A stretch of DNA of 64,000 nt from Myxococcota bacterium. GTDB lineage: Bacteria > Myxococcota_A > UBA796 > SXON01. Position numbers and translations under genes: made by a program. Below the pieces are notes generated by a model, which saw only the letters and a program-made list of their open reading frames with translations, did no database searches and was not told the origin of the DNA. How positions within the stretch are numbered: the stretch's first letter is position 1; each line of letters opens with the position of its first letter. Below are positions 26,659 through 37,276 of the stretch, one piece after another. The stretch spans positions 32,001 to 96,000 of the forward strand of contig JAZKFH010000024.1 in the NCBI GenBank assembly GCA_040386535.1, in the 5' to 3' direction.

Positions 26659-27056
26659 TGCTCCTGCTCGTCCTGTCCGCCTGCACCCCCGCGGACACCC
26701 TGCCCGGCGGCGGCTTCGCCATCGTGGGCGTCTCCCCCGAGGACGGCGCCAGCGATGTTGTCGAGGCGCACATCCCCGAGCTCCGCTTCAACGCGCCCAT
26801 CGACACGGCGCTCTGCACGCTCGACAGCCTGCGCGTGGACGGCGTGAACGCCGACGAGACCGTCGCCTTCGGCGTCGACATCGTGGTGGTCGCGAAGGAC
26901 GAGGGCTACCGGGTGCAGCTCACGCACGCGACGCCGCTGCCCGGCGGCTGGGCCTACCGGATCTCGGCGCGGGCCGGTGACGACACGGGCTGCCAGAGCG
27001 TCGACGGGGATGTCCTGGAGCCGTTCGCGTCCAGCTTCGCCGTGCCTTTGCCCTGA
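26655..27056 (+). CDS. Ig-like (Big_5-type) domain lipoprotein
   Basis: Lipobox LSAC; VSPEDGASDV...LRFNAPID...F pattern. Confidence 0.7.
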   Translation: MMLLLVLSACTPADTLPGGGFAIVGVSPEDGASDVVEAHIPELRFNAPIDTALCTLDSLRVDGVNADETVAFGVDIVVVAKDEGYRVQLTHATPLPGGWAYRISARAGDDTGCQSVDGDVLEPFASSFAVPLP

Positions 27057-27103
27057 CGATCAACAGGCCCTGCCGGGTTACCAAGCTCGCGTTCGAGGTC
27101 TCC

Positions 27104-28867
27104 ATGCTCTTGCCGCTCCTGATCCTCGGCTGCCAACCCGACGATCCGAAGGAGTCCACCCCCGAGGACACGGGCTACGTGTTCGTCGACACCGCGCCGG
27201 CGGACACGGGTCGGGACACATCGATCGACACGTCGATCGACACGTCGCTCGAGACGGGGGACACGTCGGTCGAGACGGGCGGCGACACCGCGCACGACAC
27301 GAGCGTGGACACGGGCACGGTGCCCGCATGGCTCACGCTCGACGTGTGGCCGGCCGCCCTCGTCGTGCACCCCGGCGCGATGTGGACGCTCCGCGTGGTC
27401 GGCACCGACCCCGACGGCGCGCGGGGGGACCTCCCGAGCGAGGCCGGCACGCCCACCTTCTCGGTCGACGACGCCGCGATCGCCACGGTAGACACGACGG
27501 GCCTCGTGACCGCCCTCGCCGAAGGCACGACCACCGTGCGCGTCTTCCTGGGCGGCCTCGAAGCCACGTCCGTCATCGAGGTGCGGGCGGACGGCGTCGC
27601 GACCATCACCGTGCTCGACGCGTCCACGGGACTCGGGATTCCCAACGCCCGCGTCGCGTTGCCGTTCACCTCCCCCGTCGACACCGACGCGTCCGGCGTG
27701 GCGCTCCTCCCCGTCACCGACGGCGGCCCCCTCACCTTCTCCGCGTGGGTGGACGACGAGTACGACGCCGTCACCGTCGTGAACGTCGTGGGGCGCGTCC
27801 TCACGGTGTCCGTGGCCCCGAAGGACACGGTGAAGAACGGAGCCACGCTCACCGGCGCGGTCGACTTCTCGGGCGTGGACGACGGCGAGTGGTCCGATGT
27901 CGTGGTCGGCTTCGCCGCCGCGTCGATCCAGGGTTCGCTCGCGTCGACCCGCCTGGAGGACCTCTTCGCGGACGACCGCGCCATCACCGTCTTCGGGGTC
28001 GACGCCGACGCCCCCGCCAACCTGTTCGTCGAGGGCGCCGCCGAGTCCTACGTCGCGGCCGCGTTCGACGGCCCCGTGGCCGTCTGGGGGCTCGGCGGGC
28101 CCATCGCCATCACCGACGCCACGGAGAGCCTGACCGGCTCCGGAGACGCGTTGGGGCTGCTCGCCGACAACCTGGACGCGATGTCGTGGGGCCAGGTCAC
28201 CGGCCTGACCGCCACCACCGGCACCGAGACCACGGCCGACCTCGCCCCGGCCGACCGCTTCGATGACCGGGCGACCGTGTCGCTCCCCCCGCTCTCGCTC
28301 GGCTTCACCGGCACCGAGGAGTACTTCGTGCTCGTCGCCGAGGAGCGCGTGGACGAGGGCTTCGTCGTCACCGGGCTCGGAACGGGCACGCCCGCCGGGT
28401 CGACCGACATCCGGATGGTGCCCGCGGGTACGGTGCGCGACAGCCTCGGGATCAGCGCGCTCGCCTACGCCCAGGTGGGCGGCGTCGGCAGCGGCGGCGC
28501 GACCAGCGTGGCGGTCGCCACGGAGAACGCGGAGGGGAACCTCATCGCCCCGCTGCTCCAGGACATCGCCACGGTCGACAGCTGGGATCCCGCGGCGCGC
28601 ACGTTCGGCTACACGGTCGACTCGGACGCGGGTTTCGTGCGCATCCGCCTGCGCGACGAGCGGAACCGCATTCACGACATCTTCGCGCCGTCGTCCTGGA
28701 GCGGGACGATCCCCAATTGTGTGTCTACCTTCCGGCTCCCCAGCGCCAGCATCGAGGTGCTCGCGCTGGAGACCACCGGCGGGAGCTACGAGGCGTGGCT
28801 CGCGGCGGGAGCCCTCGAGGTCGACGACAAGCCGACCGTCACCGCCGCCCGCACGACCCAGGAGTGA
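27104..28867 (+). CDS. Lipoprotein with DTS linker and Ig-like (Big_2-type) domain
   Basis: Lipobox ILGC; DTSIDTS repeats; FSVDDAAIATVDTTGLVTALAEGTTTV. Confidence 0.75.
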   Translation: MLLPLLILGCQPDDPKESTPEDTGYVFVDTAPADTGRDTSIDTSIDTSLETGDTSVETGGDTAHDTSVDTGTVPAWLTLDVWPAALVVHPGAMWTLRVVGTDPDGARGDLPSEAGTPTFSVDDAAIATVDTTGLVTALAEGTTTVRVFLGGLEATSVIEVRADGVATITVLDASTGLGIPNARVALPFTSPVDTDASGVALLPVTDGGPLTFSAWVDDEYDAVTVVNVVGRVLTVSVAPKDTVKNGATLTGAVDFSGVDDGEWSDVVVGFAAASIQGSLASTRLEDLFADDRAITVFGVDADAPANLFVEGAAESYVAAAFDGPVAVWGLGGPIAITDATESLTGSGDALGLLADNLDAMSWGQVTGLTATTGTETTADLAPADRFDDRATVSLPPLSLGFTGTEEYFVLVAEERVDEGFVVTGLGTGTPAGSTDIRMVPAGTVRDSLGISALAYAQVGGVGSGGATSVAVATENAEGNLIAPLLQDIATVDSWDPAARTFGYTVDSDAGFVRIRLRDERNRIHDIFAPSSWSGTIPNCVSTFRLPSASIEVLALETTGGSYEAWLAAGALEVDDKPTVTAARTTQE

Positions 28868-28869
28868 CC

Positions 28870-31032
28870 ATGCTCGACCCCGCGCGCCTCGACCTCGCAA
28901 AGGCCGCCTTCGAGGCCCTCCCCGTCCGCCCCGAGGTGCGCGCGGCCGCCCTCGCCAACCTGCGCCGGTGGCTGGAGAACGACGAGTTCGCCCCCTACCT
29001 GCCGCAGATCGGCTCGCTCGAGGCGCGCGGCCGCTGGGATCTCCTGCTCGACTCCTTCTACCAGGTGCTCCCCTTCGGCACCGGCGGGCGCCGCGGCCCC
29101 GTCGGCATCGGGCCCAACCGCTACAACCCTTGGACCCTCGGCGCCAGCGTGCAGGGGCACGTGGGGTTCCTGCGGGAAGTGCTCGGCGATCGGCAGCTCC
29201 ACGTGGTGATCGCGTACGACGTGCGCTGCTACCGCGACGCGAACGGTGTGTACGACCCCGCGCTCCCCAACCCCTGCCTGGGCCTGAGCTCGCGGGACTT
29301 CGCGGAGATCGCCGCCGGCGTGTACGCGCGGAACGGCGTGGCGACCACGCTCCTCGCGCCCGGCAGCACCACCTACGTGTCCACACCCGAGCTCTCCTTC
29401 GCGATCCGGCACCTGAAGGCGGACGGCGGCCTGAACGTGTCCGCCTCGCACAACCCGCCGGACGACAACGGCGGCAAGTTCTACAACGCGCGCGGCGGCC
29501 AGGAGGTGCCCCCGAACGACGAGCGCATGGCCGGCCACGTCGACCGGGTCGAGCGCGTGCTCGGCATGCCCTTCGCCGAGGCTCGGGCCGCCGGGCTCGT
29601 GCACGACTACGCGCCCGCCATCCACGACGCGTACGTGGCCGTGAACGTCGCCACCTCCCTGCGGCCCGACGCGCGCAGCACCAAGGTCGTCTTCACCGGC
29701 CTGCACGGCACCGGCGACACCACCGTGGTCGACGTGTTGCGGAGCGCGGGCTTCAACGTCGAGCTCGAGCCCACCCAGGCCCCGCACGACGGCGCGTTCC
29801 CCGAGGTGCCCTTCCGCACGCCCAACCCCGAGGTCCGCCAGAGCATGGACCGCGCGGTCAAGCTCGCGACCGAGCACGGCGCGGATCTCGTCATGGCGTG
29901 TGACCCCGACGCCGACCGCATCGGCCTGTGCGCGCGCACGAGCTCGGCCGAGGGCGCGCCCTTCCGCTTCTTCACCGGCAACGAGATCGCCGTGCTCGTC
30001 GCCGAGTACCGCCTCACCCAGGTGCGCTGGTCGAACCCCATCGTCATGCAGACCGAGGTGACCACCGATCTCGTCCGTCGCGTCGCCGTGCGCCACGGTG
30101 CGCAGGTGGTGACCGATCTGATGGTGGGCTTCAAGTACATCGGCGACGGCCTCGGGCAGCTCGAGGACACCGGGCGGTTCAACTCCGTCACCGGGCGCCC
30201 GGAGGATCTGGTGGTCGGCGTCGAGGAGTCGCACGGCGTGCTCGTGACCTCCGCGATCCGCGACAAGGACGCCGCCGGCGCCGCGCTCGCCCTGGCCGAG
30301 TACGCGAGCCTCCTCGGCCGCGACGGGCGGACCCTGACCGACGCCCTGGAGACCATCTGGGCGCGCGAGGGCTACGTGCACAACGAGCTCGTGAGCACGG
30401 TGATGCGCGGCGCGGCCGGCAAGGCCCGCATCGACCGCATCCAGGCCGCCATGCGCGAGAACCCGCCGACCGAGATCGGCAAGTGGCGCGTGGTCGAGGT
30501 GCTCGATCGCGCCGATCCCAAGGGCCCCCTCGGCCCCATCAAGTCCGGCACGGACGCCGCCAGCCGCGACGTGCTCGTGTTCCGCCTCGCCGAGGGCGGC
30601 GCGACCGAGCCCACCGCGCGTCTGCTCCTCCGCCCGTCGGGCACCGAGCCCAAGAACAAGATCTACGTCGAGGTCGTGGGCCGCCCCGGCGTGCCCTCCG
30701 CCACGGAGATCCGGCGCGTGTCGGCCGAAGCCAAGGAGCTCGCCCTGGCCTTCGCGCACGCCATGCTCGGGCGCGTCGAGATCGAGCTGCCGCTGTGGGC
30801 CCTGCGCGTGAGCGATCTGGTCGCCATCGAGTTCAAGCAGCACCTCGCCGGGGTGCTCCTCCCCGAGGTGCGCCGCCGCATCGCCGCCGGCGCCCCGCTC
30901 GAAAGCGTGGTGGACGAGGGGCTGCGCCCCTACGGCAAGGACCCCCGCGGGCTCGTGGCCGAGGCGGTGCGCGCCTGGGCCGCGGAGAACGGGGACGAAG
31001 GCGCGAAGGTGCGCGAGGCGTTCGGGGCCTGA
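28870..31032 (+). CDS. Phosphoglucomutase/phosphomannomutase family protein
   Basis: FGTGGRRG, SASHNP (phospho-Ser), DPDADR, GFKYIG, EESHG, RPSGTEPK. Confidence 0.93.
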   Translation: MLDPARLDLAKAAFEALPVRPEVRAAALANLRRWLENDEFAPYLPQIGSLEARGRWDLLLDSFYQVLPFGTGGRRGPVGIGPNRYNPWTLGASVQGHVGFLREVLGDRQLHVVIAYDVRCYRDANGVYDPALPNPCLGLSSRDFAEIAAGVYARNGVATTLLAPGSTTYVSTPELSFAIRHLKADGGLNVSASHNPPDDNGGKFYNARGGQEVPPNDERMAGHVDRVERVLGMPFAEARAAGLVHDYAPAIHDAYVAVNVATSLRPDARSTKVVFTGLHGTGDTTVVDVLRSAGFNVELEPTQAPHDGAFPEVPFRTPNPEVRQSMDRAVKLATEHGADLVMACDPDADRIGLCARTSSAEGAPFRFFTGNEIAVLVAEYRLTQVRWSNPIVMQTEVTTDLVRRVAVRHGAQVVTDLMVGFKYIGDGLGQLEDTGRFNSVTGRPEDLVVGVEESHGVLVTSAIRDKDAAGAALALAEYASLLGRDGRTLTDALETIWAREGYVHNELVSTVMRGAAGKARIDRIQAAMRENPPTEIGKWRVVEVLDRADPKGPLGPIKSGTDAASRDVLVFRLAEGGATEPTARLLLRPSGTEPKNKIYVEVVGRPGVPSATEIRRVSAEAKELALAFAHAMLGRVEIELPLWALRVSDLVAIEFKQHLAGVLLPEVRRRIAAGAPLESVVDEGLRPYGKDPRGLVAEAVRAWAAENGDEGAKVREAFGA

Positions 31033-31035
31033 TCG

Positions 31036-31668
31036 CTACGCGATCTCGATTCCCGCGTCGCGGAGCGCGGTCAGGAGGCCCTCGGGCGTCGTGACCAGGC
31101 GATCGGCGCCGACGGGGAGCGCGATGCCCCAAGCGACGCCGATCATCGGCATCCGGGCGGCGCGCGCCGCGCCCACGTCGGCCGGGCCGTCCCCGACCAT
31201 CACGCCGGCGTCGGACCCGAGCCGCCGGAGCGCCTCCAGGAGCGGGGCGGGATCGGGCTTCCGGACGCTCAACGTGTCGCCGCCGATCACGATGGGGAAG
31301 TAGCGCGCGAGGTCGAGCCGGTCGGCGATCACCCGCGAGAACGCCTCGGGCTTGTTCGTCACGATCGCCATCGGCGCGCGCACCGCGGCGAGCACGGCGC
31401 GGAGCCCGTGGTACACGCGCGTCTGCACGACCAGCGCGGCGCCGTACTCCTCCAGGAACACCGCGAGGTCGCGCTCCGCGGGGGTGCTCCCGGCGGCCTC
31501 CACGCAGCGGTCGACCAGCTTGCGCGCGCCGTCCCCGATGAAGCCGCGCACGACCGCCTCGCCGAGCGGAGCGCGCCCCGTGCGCACGAGCGTGCGGTCC
31601 ACGGCGGCGGCGATGTCCCCGGCGCTGTCGACCAGGGTGCCGTCCAGATCCCACAGGACGGCCCTCAT
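31036..31668 (-). CDS. gph: HAD-family phosphatase, phosphoglycolate-phosphatase-like
   Basis: Start reassigned to MRAVLWDLDGTLVDS; VTNKP, KPDPAP, MVGDGPAD. Confidence 0.8.
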   Translation of the reverse strand: MRAVLWDLDGTLVDSAGDIAAAVDRTLVRTGRAPLGEAVVRGFIGDGARKLVDRCVEAAGSTPAERDLAVFLEEYGAALVVQTRVYHGLRAVLAAVRAPMAIVTNKPEAFSRVIADRLDLARYFPIVIGGDTLSVRKPDPAPLLEALRRLGSDAGVMVGDGPADVGAARAARMPMIGVAWGIALPVGADRLVTTPEGLLTALRDAGIEIA

Positions 31669-32849
31669 GGCGCGCCCGCCGGCGCCGGGGCCGTGACCTC
31701 GACCGCGCCCGCCGACGCGCCCAGGACGGCCCCAGGAGCGCCCGGAACGACCACGAGCGGCTGCGGGACGAACGCGGGGAGCGCCCCCTCGGCGAGCGGG
31801 TACGGATCGGGCAGCGTGGGCGTCGTCAGCGCGGAGATGCGCGGCCCCTGCTCGCGCGGCATGAGCACGGTGATCCCGAGCGCCGGCCAGTTGACGTAGT
31901 CGCGCAGGTGGGCAGCGTACCAGCCGAGCCGATCGTCGCGCACGGTCTGCCGGCCCATGCGCGTCGCGTGGCGCATCCGCAGCTCCGCGCCGGGCGGGCT
32001 GCCTTCGGCGGGGGGCACGACCATGCTGATGTGGGTCACCACCACGGGCGACCACGCGCGCTCCTCGCGGAGCGTGACCACGAGCGCCCCCGCCGGGATG
32101 CGCGGCACCGCGGCCACGGCCTCGGCGAGGTCGAGGTAGTGGAGGGTCCACTCCCCGAGGGGCAACACGGCGTCGGGCAGCTGGAACAGCCCGCGACGGC
32201 GCCACCGCCGCCACACCTCGGGCGTCACGTCCTTGCGGAGCTCGCGGGCGCGGCCGACGCGCGCGGTGATGTCCTCGAGCAGCCCGTTGCGGATCGCGTC
32301 CGGGATCCACTGGGCTTCCATGAAGTGGCGCCGGTGATCGTAGGCGGGCCCGCCGGTGTAGCGCAGGGCGTCGCGCACGGCGGGCGCGTAGATCGGGTCT
32401 CCGGCGAGCGCGAGCCCCAGGACCTCCTCCACGAACGTGAGGCAGTCGAACGCGTCGTAGCGGCTGGGCGGGTCCGCATCGATGCCGAGGCCCTCTCCCG
32501 CCGCGTCGTTCAGGTACGGCAGCCCGAGGAAGCCGCGGCTGGCGATCTCGACGCGCTCGCCAAGCGTGCGGGTCCGCGCTTCCCGAATCGCCGAAATGAC
32601 GCCCGGCCCCGGCGTCCACCGCTCGGGCCCGCGCTCGACGGGTACGAACGTGGGCGCGGCGGCGACCGCCCCAGGATCGAGAGACCCGGCGAGCGGCGCG
32701 TCGAGCGCAACGTCCGGCCCCCCCGGGAGCGCGCCACCGGCGCCCTCGTCCTCGGGGAACACCTCGGGCGCCGCCGTGGAGTTGGCGAGATCGGGCGCGC
32801 CCGACGCCCCCGCGCCTCCGGCTCCGATGACCAACCACAACCACACCAC
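31665..32849 (-). CDS. DUF1460 N-acetylmuramoyl-L-alanine amidase-like protein (NlpC/P60 superfamily)
   Basis: FLGLPY, FDCLTFVEEVL, LRY, RRHFMEAQW, VTHISMV, MRHAT. Confidence 0.8.
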   Translation of the reverse strand: MVWLWLVIGAGGAGASGAPDLANSTAAPEVFPEDEGAGGALPGGPDVALDAPLAGSLDPGAVAAAPTFVPVERGPERWTPGPGVISAIREARTRTLGERVEIASRGFLGLPYLNDAAGEGLGIDADPPSRYDAFDCLTFVEEVLGLALAGDPIYAPAVRDALRYTGGPAYDHRRHFMEAQWIPDAIRNGLLEDITARVGRARELRKDVTPEVWRRWRRRGLFQLPDAVLPLGEWTLHYLDLAEAVAAVPRIPAGALVVTLREERAWSPVVVTHISMVVPPAEGSPPGAELRMRHATRMGRQTVRDDRLGWYAAHLRDYVNWPALGITVLMPREQGPRISALTTPTLPDPYPLAEGALPAFVPQPLVVVPGAPGAVLGASAGAVEVTAPAPAGAP

Positions 32850-32883
32850 GCGAGGCCCCGGTCGGCGGCGCGGGCGGATCCCG

Positions 32884-34416
32884 CTAGACGCCGAGGCGCT
32901 GCTGATATCCCGCGAGCTGTTCCAGCATCGCCTCGAAGCCCTCGACGTCGAGGACCTCGTCCGCGGCGGAGAGCGCGCGCTCGATGAGATCGGAGAGGCC
33001 GCGGTTGAGCAGGCGACGGTGCTCGCCGGCGGGGCGCTTGCGGAGGTTCTTCACCACCTGGGCGACGGGCAGCCGGCCATCAGCCGCCACCTCGACGTTC
33101 TTGAAGAGCGGCGCGAGCGGAACCGAGGTGCCCTCCACGAGCAGCTGCATCCGCGCGGCGCCGGCGCCACGCCCGTCCGCCGCTTCGATGGCGGCGCAGA
33201 TGGTGGCGAGCACGTCATTCGTCACGTCGAGCTTGCGCTGGATCTCCTCGTCGTAGAGCTTCGGACCGGAGAAGTTCAGCGAGACCGCCGACTTCATCAC
33301 GTCCTTGCCCTCGGCGTCCTCCATCTCGATGAGCGTCTCGGTGGACGCGACGAGCTCGGGGCGCGCGGTGTCGAGGGGCGCGCGGTCGGCGGGCGGGCTG
33401 TCGAGCTCTACACGATCGAGCAGCGCCCGGTCCGTGAGGAACGCGCCAGCTTCGCGGACGGTGTCGTAGTCCTGGAACGCGGCGAGGTCGTCCTCCTCCT
33501 CGAAGGACGAGGGCTCCAAGGGCGAGGGCTCGAAGGACGAGGGCGCCTGGGAGAGGGAGACCTCGACCGGCACGGCGGAGTCCTCGACCGGCGCGGGCGC
33601 GACCTCGACCGGCGCGGGCGCGACCTCCTCGATGGACCGGCTCGGCGCGACCGGGGCCAGCGCGACCGGGGCCAGCGCGACCGGGGCGTGCGCAGCCGCC
33701 GGCAGATCGGCGGTGTCCTCGTCAGAGAGGGACTCCTCGTCGACCGGCGGGTTGACCCCGACCAGCTTGCCCTCGTCCAGCATGATGCGGACGTGCTCGA
33801 GGAGGCGCGTGGACTCCCACGGGCTGGCCGCTACGAGCTCGGCCAACCGCTTGCGCGGCGTGCAGCGCGCGACCAGGGTGCGCTCCACCCCGGTGGCCGG
33901 GGGCGTGGCGCCCGGCGCGAGCACCAACAGGGGCTGCCCGACGAGGGGGGCGAGGCGCGCGTGGAGCGCGACCAGCTCGTTCACCAGCGCGCGCGTGTCG
34001 TGCCCGACCTGGATGTTCTCGACGAACACCGCGTCCATCGGCGCGAAGTCCACCCCGCCGTCATCCGCCAGGAACTGGAAGAGGTTCTCGCGGAACCGCT
34101 CGAAGAGCAGCTCCATCAGCAGCTCCTCGGGCATCGAGTCGAACAGGGACTCAAAAAGCCCGGCGCCCGCCGTCATTCCGTCCCGCAGGGCCTGGTGACG
34201 CACCTCGTCGACATGCCCCGCGGCGCGCAGGATCCCGAGCATGCGCTCGTCGTCCAGGTCGCACTGCGCCGCGAGCACCTCGCCCAGCATGACGTACACC
34301 CGGTACCGCACGCCCGCGGACGGATCGCTCGTCAAGCAGCCGGTCTGCCCTGAATCGAGAGTGCCGATCAGGGCGAGGCGCGGGTCCTGTGGGGTCTCAC
34401 CGTTCCGTGACAGCAA
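32884..34416 (-). CDS. Hypothetical cytoplasmic protein (DUF4388-like N-terminus, Pro/Ala/acidic linker)
   Basis: QTGCL...RVYVMLGEVLAA...LGILRAAG resembles DUF4388/PATAN-like domains; internal APVAL and VEVAPAP repeats; start uncertain. Confidence 0.6.
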   Translation of the reverse strand: MLSRNGETPQDPRLALIGTLDSGQTGCLTSDPSAGVRYRVYVMLGEVLAAQCDLDDERMLGILRAAGHVDEVRHQALRDGMTAGAGLFESLFDSMPEELLMELLFERFRENLFQFLADDGGVDFAPMDAVFVENIQVGHDTRALVNELVALHARLAPLVGQPLLVLAPGATPPATGVERTLVARCTPRKRLAELVAASPWESTRLLEHVRIMLDEGKLVGVNPPVDEESLSDEDTADLPAAAHAPVALAPVALAPVAPSRSIEEVAPAPVEVAPAPVEDSAVPVEVSLSQAPSSFEPSPLEPSSFEEEDDLAAFQDYDTVREAGAFLTDRALLDRVELDSPPADRAPLDTARPELVASTETLIEMEDAEGKDVMKSAVSLNFSGPKLYDEEIQRKLDVTNDVLATICAAIEAADGRGAGAARMQLLVEGTSVPLAPLFKNVEVAADGRLPVAQVVKNLRKRPAGEHRRLLNRGLSDLIERALSAADEVLDVEGFEAMLEQLAGYQQRLGV

Positions 34417-34522
34417 CCAGCGCCTCGCTCGGGCACCCGGAAACGGGCGCGCAACGTTGGGCCATCGTACAGACCCGCCGCCGGCCGGTCAACGATGGCC
34501 CGCTCCGCCGGCGCGATCCACC

Positions 34523-35128
34523 TCACGAAGCGGCGAGCAGCTCCGGATCCTCACCGAGCACCGAGAGCAGGCGGTCGCGCGCGCGCGACAACCGGCTCAT
34601 CACCGTGCCCAGCTTGATGGAGAGCGCGCGCGCGATCTCCGCGTACGACATGTCCTCGTAGTAGCGCAGGAGCAGGATCGTGCGGTGGTCCTCTGTGAGC
34701 TGGCCGATCGCCTGGATGATCTCCTCCTGGCGCTCGCTCCCGAACACGACCTCGATCGGGTCGGCCAGGAACTCCTCGCTCCGCGGCACGGAGGCGAGGA
34801 TGCCGTCGCGGCGACGACGATCGCGCACGAGGTTGAAGCACAGGTTCCGCGTCACGCGGTAGAGCCAGGCTTGCATCTTGAAGTCCGCGTCGAAGAAGCG
34901 CGGCTCGCGCATCGCCTTGATGAAGACCTCCTGGACCACGTCGCGCGCCTCCTGGGCATCCTTGAGGATGCAGTAGGCGTGGACGTAGAGGCGCTCGCCG
35001 TACTTGCGGACGAGAAGGTCCACGGACTGCTGCCGGTCGCTGGACGCGACCTCCTTGATGTCCTCGTCGAGCCAGCTGGCGCCCGATGAAGTGGATGGCA
35101 GAGCGTCGCTGGTTCGTGGGGTGATCAT
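34523..35128 (-). CDS. ECF RNA polymerase sigma-70 factor
   Basis: Start MITPRTS after AGGAG. ARDVVQEVF, AWLYRVTRN, MSYAEIA, GTVMSRLSRAR. Confidence 0.92.
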   Translation of the reverse strand: MITPRTSDALPSTSSGASWLDEDIKEVASSDRQQSVDLLVRKYGERLYVHAYCILKDAQEARDVVQEVFIKAMREPRFFDADFKMQAWLYRVTRNLCFNLVRDRRRRDGILASVPRSEEFLADPIEVVFGSERQEEIIQAIGQLTEDHRTILLLRYYEDMSYAEIARALSIKLGTVMSRLSRARDRLLSVLGEDPELLAAS

Positions 35129-35210
35129 GAGCTCTCCTGCGTGCGCCCCGTTGCCGCGCACATTTGAAGTACGCGCCCGATGGCCTCTCCTTGCGACCCC
35201 ATGACACAGC

Positions 35211-35239
35211 TTGACGAATCGCAGGGGACGGCCCATCCT
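35211..35239 (+). promoter_or_regulatory. Putative sigma-70 promoter of khpA
   Basis: TTGACG-N17-CATCCT. Confidence 0.35.
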
Positions 35240-35297
35240 GGGTGCCGCAGGCAGCGGGAGCGCAGCGGTGGAAGCCAAGAGCGGGACCAGTGACGAC

Positions 35298-35543
35298 GTG
35301 GTCGATGTCAGGGCGCTGGTAGAGGCCATCGTCCGGGCCATCGTGGACCACCCCGATCAGGTGTTCCTCACCGAAGTCGAGGGCACCCAGAGCAGCGTGC
35401 TGGAGCTCTCCGTGGCTCCGGACGACGTGGGCAAGGTGATCGGAAAGAAGGGGATCCACGCGGACGCGATTCGACGCATCGTTCACGCCATCGGCGGCAA
35501 GACCAAGAAGCGGTACGTGCTGGAGATCCTGGAACACCGGTGA
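35298..35543 (+). CDS. khpA: KH-domain RNA-binding protein (KhpA/UPF0109)
   Basis: LVEAIVRAIVDHPDQV...LSVAPDDVGKVIGKKG...AIR; start approximate. Confidence 0.88.
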   Translation: MVDVRALVEAIVRAIVDHPDQVFLTEVEGTQSSVLELSVAPDDVGKVIGKKGIHADAIRRIVHAIGGKTKKRYVLEILEHR

Positions 35544-35606
35544 GCGCCCGCGGCATCCCGCGGTGAGGGCGTGCGGCACCCCGCGGTGAGAACGCGCGGC
35601 ATCCCG
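35538..35606 (+). repeat. Three 23-bp tandem repeats
   Basis: CGGTGAG-N5-GCGGCA(T/C)CCCG at 35538, 35561 and 35584. Confidence 0.85.
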
Positions 35607-35626
35607 CGGCATCCTCCGCCCCGGCG

Positions 35627-37276
35627 CTACTCCGTGATGCCCGGAATGCGCACGCCGCGCTCGTGGGCCACGTCGATGGCGCGCTCGTAGCCGGCGTCCG
35701 CATGCCGCAGGACGCCCATTCCCGGGTCACCGAGGAGTACACGCTCCAGGCGCCGCGCTGCGGCCTCCGTGCCGTCCGCCACGATGACCTGGCCCGCGTG
35801 CAGGGAGTACCCCATGCCGACGCCGCCGCCGTGGTGGAAGCTCACCCACGATGCGCCGTTGACCGCGTTCACGAGCGCGTTGAGGATGGGCCAGTCGGCC
35901 ACGGCGTCCGTGCCGTCGAGCATGCCCTCGGTCTCCCGGTTGGGGCTCGCGACGCTGCCGCAGTCGAGGTGGTCGCGCCCGATGACGATGGGCGCCTTGA
36001 CGGCACCCGACGCCACGAGCTCGTTGAACCGCAGGCCCGCGAGGTGCCGCTCGCCGTACCCGAGCCAGCAGATGCGCGCGGGGAGCCCCTGGAACTGGAT
36101 GCGCTCGCGCGCCATCGTCAGCCAGCGGCGCAGCCCGACATTGTCGGGAAACAGCTCCAACAGGGCCTCGTCGGTGACGCGGATGTCTTCCGGATCTCCG
36201 GAGAGGGCCACCCAGCGGAAGGGCCCGCGGCCCTCGCAGAACTGGGGGCGGATGTAGGCCGGCACGAACCCGGGGAAGGCGAAGGCGTCGGGCTCGCCGC
36301 CCTCGACCGCACCGGCGCGCAGGTTGTTGCCGTAGTCGAACACGTGGCTGCCCTGGCGCATCAGCACGAGCATGGCGCGCACGTGCGTGGCCATCGAGGC
36401 GTGGGCGCGGCGGGTGTACTCGGCGGGGTCGGCCTCGCGGAGCACCGCGGCCTCGACCAGGGAGAGCCCGGCGGGAATGTAGGCGAGCGGGTCGTGCGCC
36501 GAGGTCTGGTCGGTCACCAGCTCGGGCGCGAGCGTGCTGTCAGCGATGCGCGGCATGAGCTCGGCGGCATTGCCGACGAGGCCGACGGACTTCGCGACCT
36601 TGTCGCGCCGGTACCGGTTCACGCGGGCAATCGCGTCCTCCAGATCGGTCGCGACCTCGTCGAGGTAGCCGGTCTCGATGCGCTTCTGGACGCGCGTGGG
36701 GTCGACGTCGATCGCGAGGCAGACCGCCCCTGCGAACACGGCGGCGAGCGGCTGGGCGCCGCCCATGCCCCCGAGGCCAGCGGTCAGCACCAGCTTCCCC
36801 GCGAGGTCACCACCGAAGTGTTGGCGGCCGGCCTCGGCGAAGGTCTCGTACGTGCCTTGGACGATGCCCTGGGAGCCGATGTAGATCCAGCTCCCGGCGG
36901 TCATCTGGCCGTACATCATGAGGCCTTTGCGCTCGAGCTCGCGGAAGTGCTCCCACGTGGCCCACTTCCCGACGAGGTTCGAGTTGGCGATGAGCACGCG
37001 CGGCGCGTCCGCGTGCGTGCGAACCACGCCCACGGGCTTGCCGGACTGGACGAGCAGGGTCTCGTCGTCCTCCAGGGTCGTCAGACACTGGAGGATGCGG
37101 TCGAACGAGGGCCAGTCGCGGGCGGCCTTTCCGTTGCCGCCGTACACGACCAGGTCCTCGGGGCGTTCGGCCACGTCGGGGTCGAGGTTGTTCTGGATCA
37201 TCCGGAAGGCGGCCTCCTGCACCCACCCACGACAGTGGAGGGTGGAGCCGGTCGGCGCGCGGACGATCCGGGACAT
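35627..37276 (-). CDS. hutU: Urocanate hydratase
   Basis: [57 protein letters not shown]. Confidence 0.98.
   Translation of the reverse strand: MSRIVRAPTGSTLHCRGWVQEAAFRMIQNNLDPDVAERPEDLVVYGGNGKAARDWPSFDRILQCLTTLEDDETLLVQSGKPVGVVRTHADAPRVLIANSNLVGKWATWEHFRELERKGLMMYGQMTAGSWIYIGSQGIVQGTYETFAEAGRQHFGGDLAGKLVLTAGLGGMGGAQPLAAVFAGAVCLAIDVDPTRVQKRIETGYLDEVATDLEDAIARVNRYRRDKVAKSVGLVGNAAELMPRIADSTLAPELVTDQTSAHDPLAYIPAGLSLVEAAVLREADPAEYTRRAHASMATHVRAMLVLMRQGSHVFDYGNNLRAGAVEGGEPDAFAFPGFVPAYIRPQFCEGRGPFRWVALSGDPEDIRVTDEALLELFPDNVGLRRWLTMARERIQFQGLPARICWLGYGERHLAGLRFNELVASGAVKAPIVIGRDHLDCGSVASPNRETEGMLDGTDAVADWPILNALVNAVNGASWVSFHHGGGVGMGYSLHAGQVIVADGTEAAARRLERVLLGDPGMGVLRHADAGYERAIDVAHERGVRIPGITE

Noticed and set aside
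35538..35606. CRISPR-like repeats
   Set aside because: The variable part is only 5 nt; this is a simple tandem repeat.
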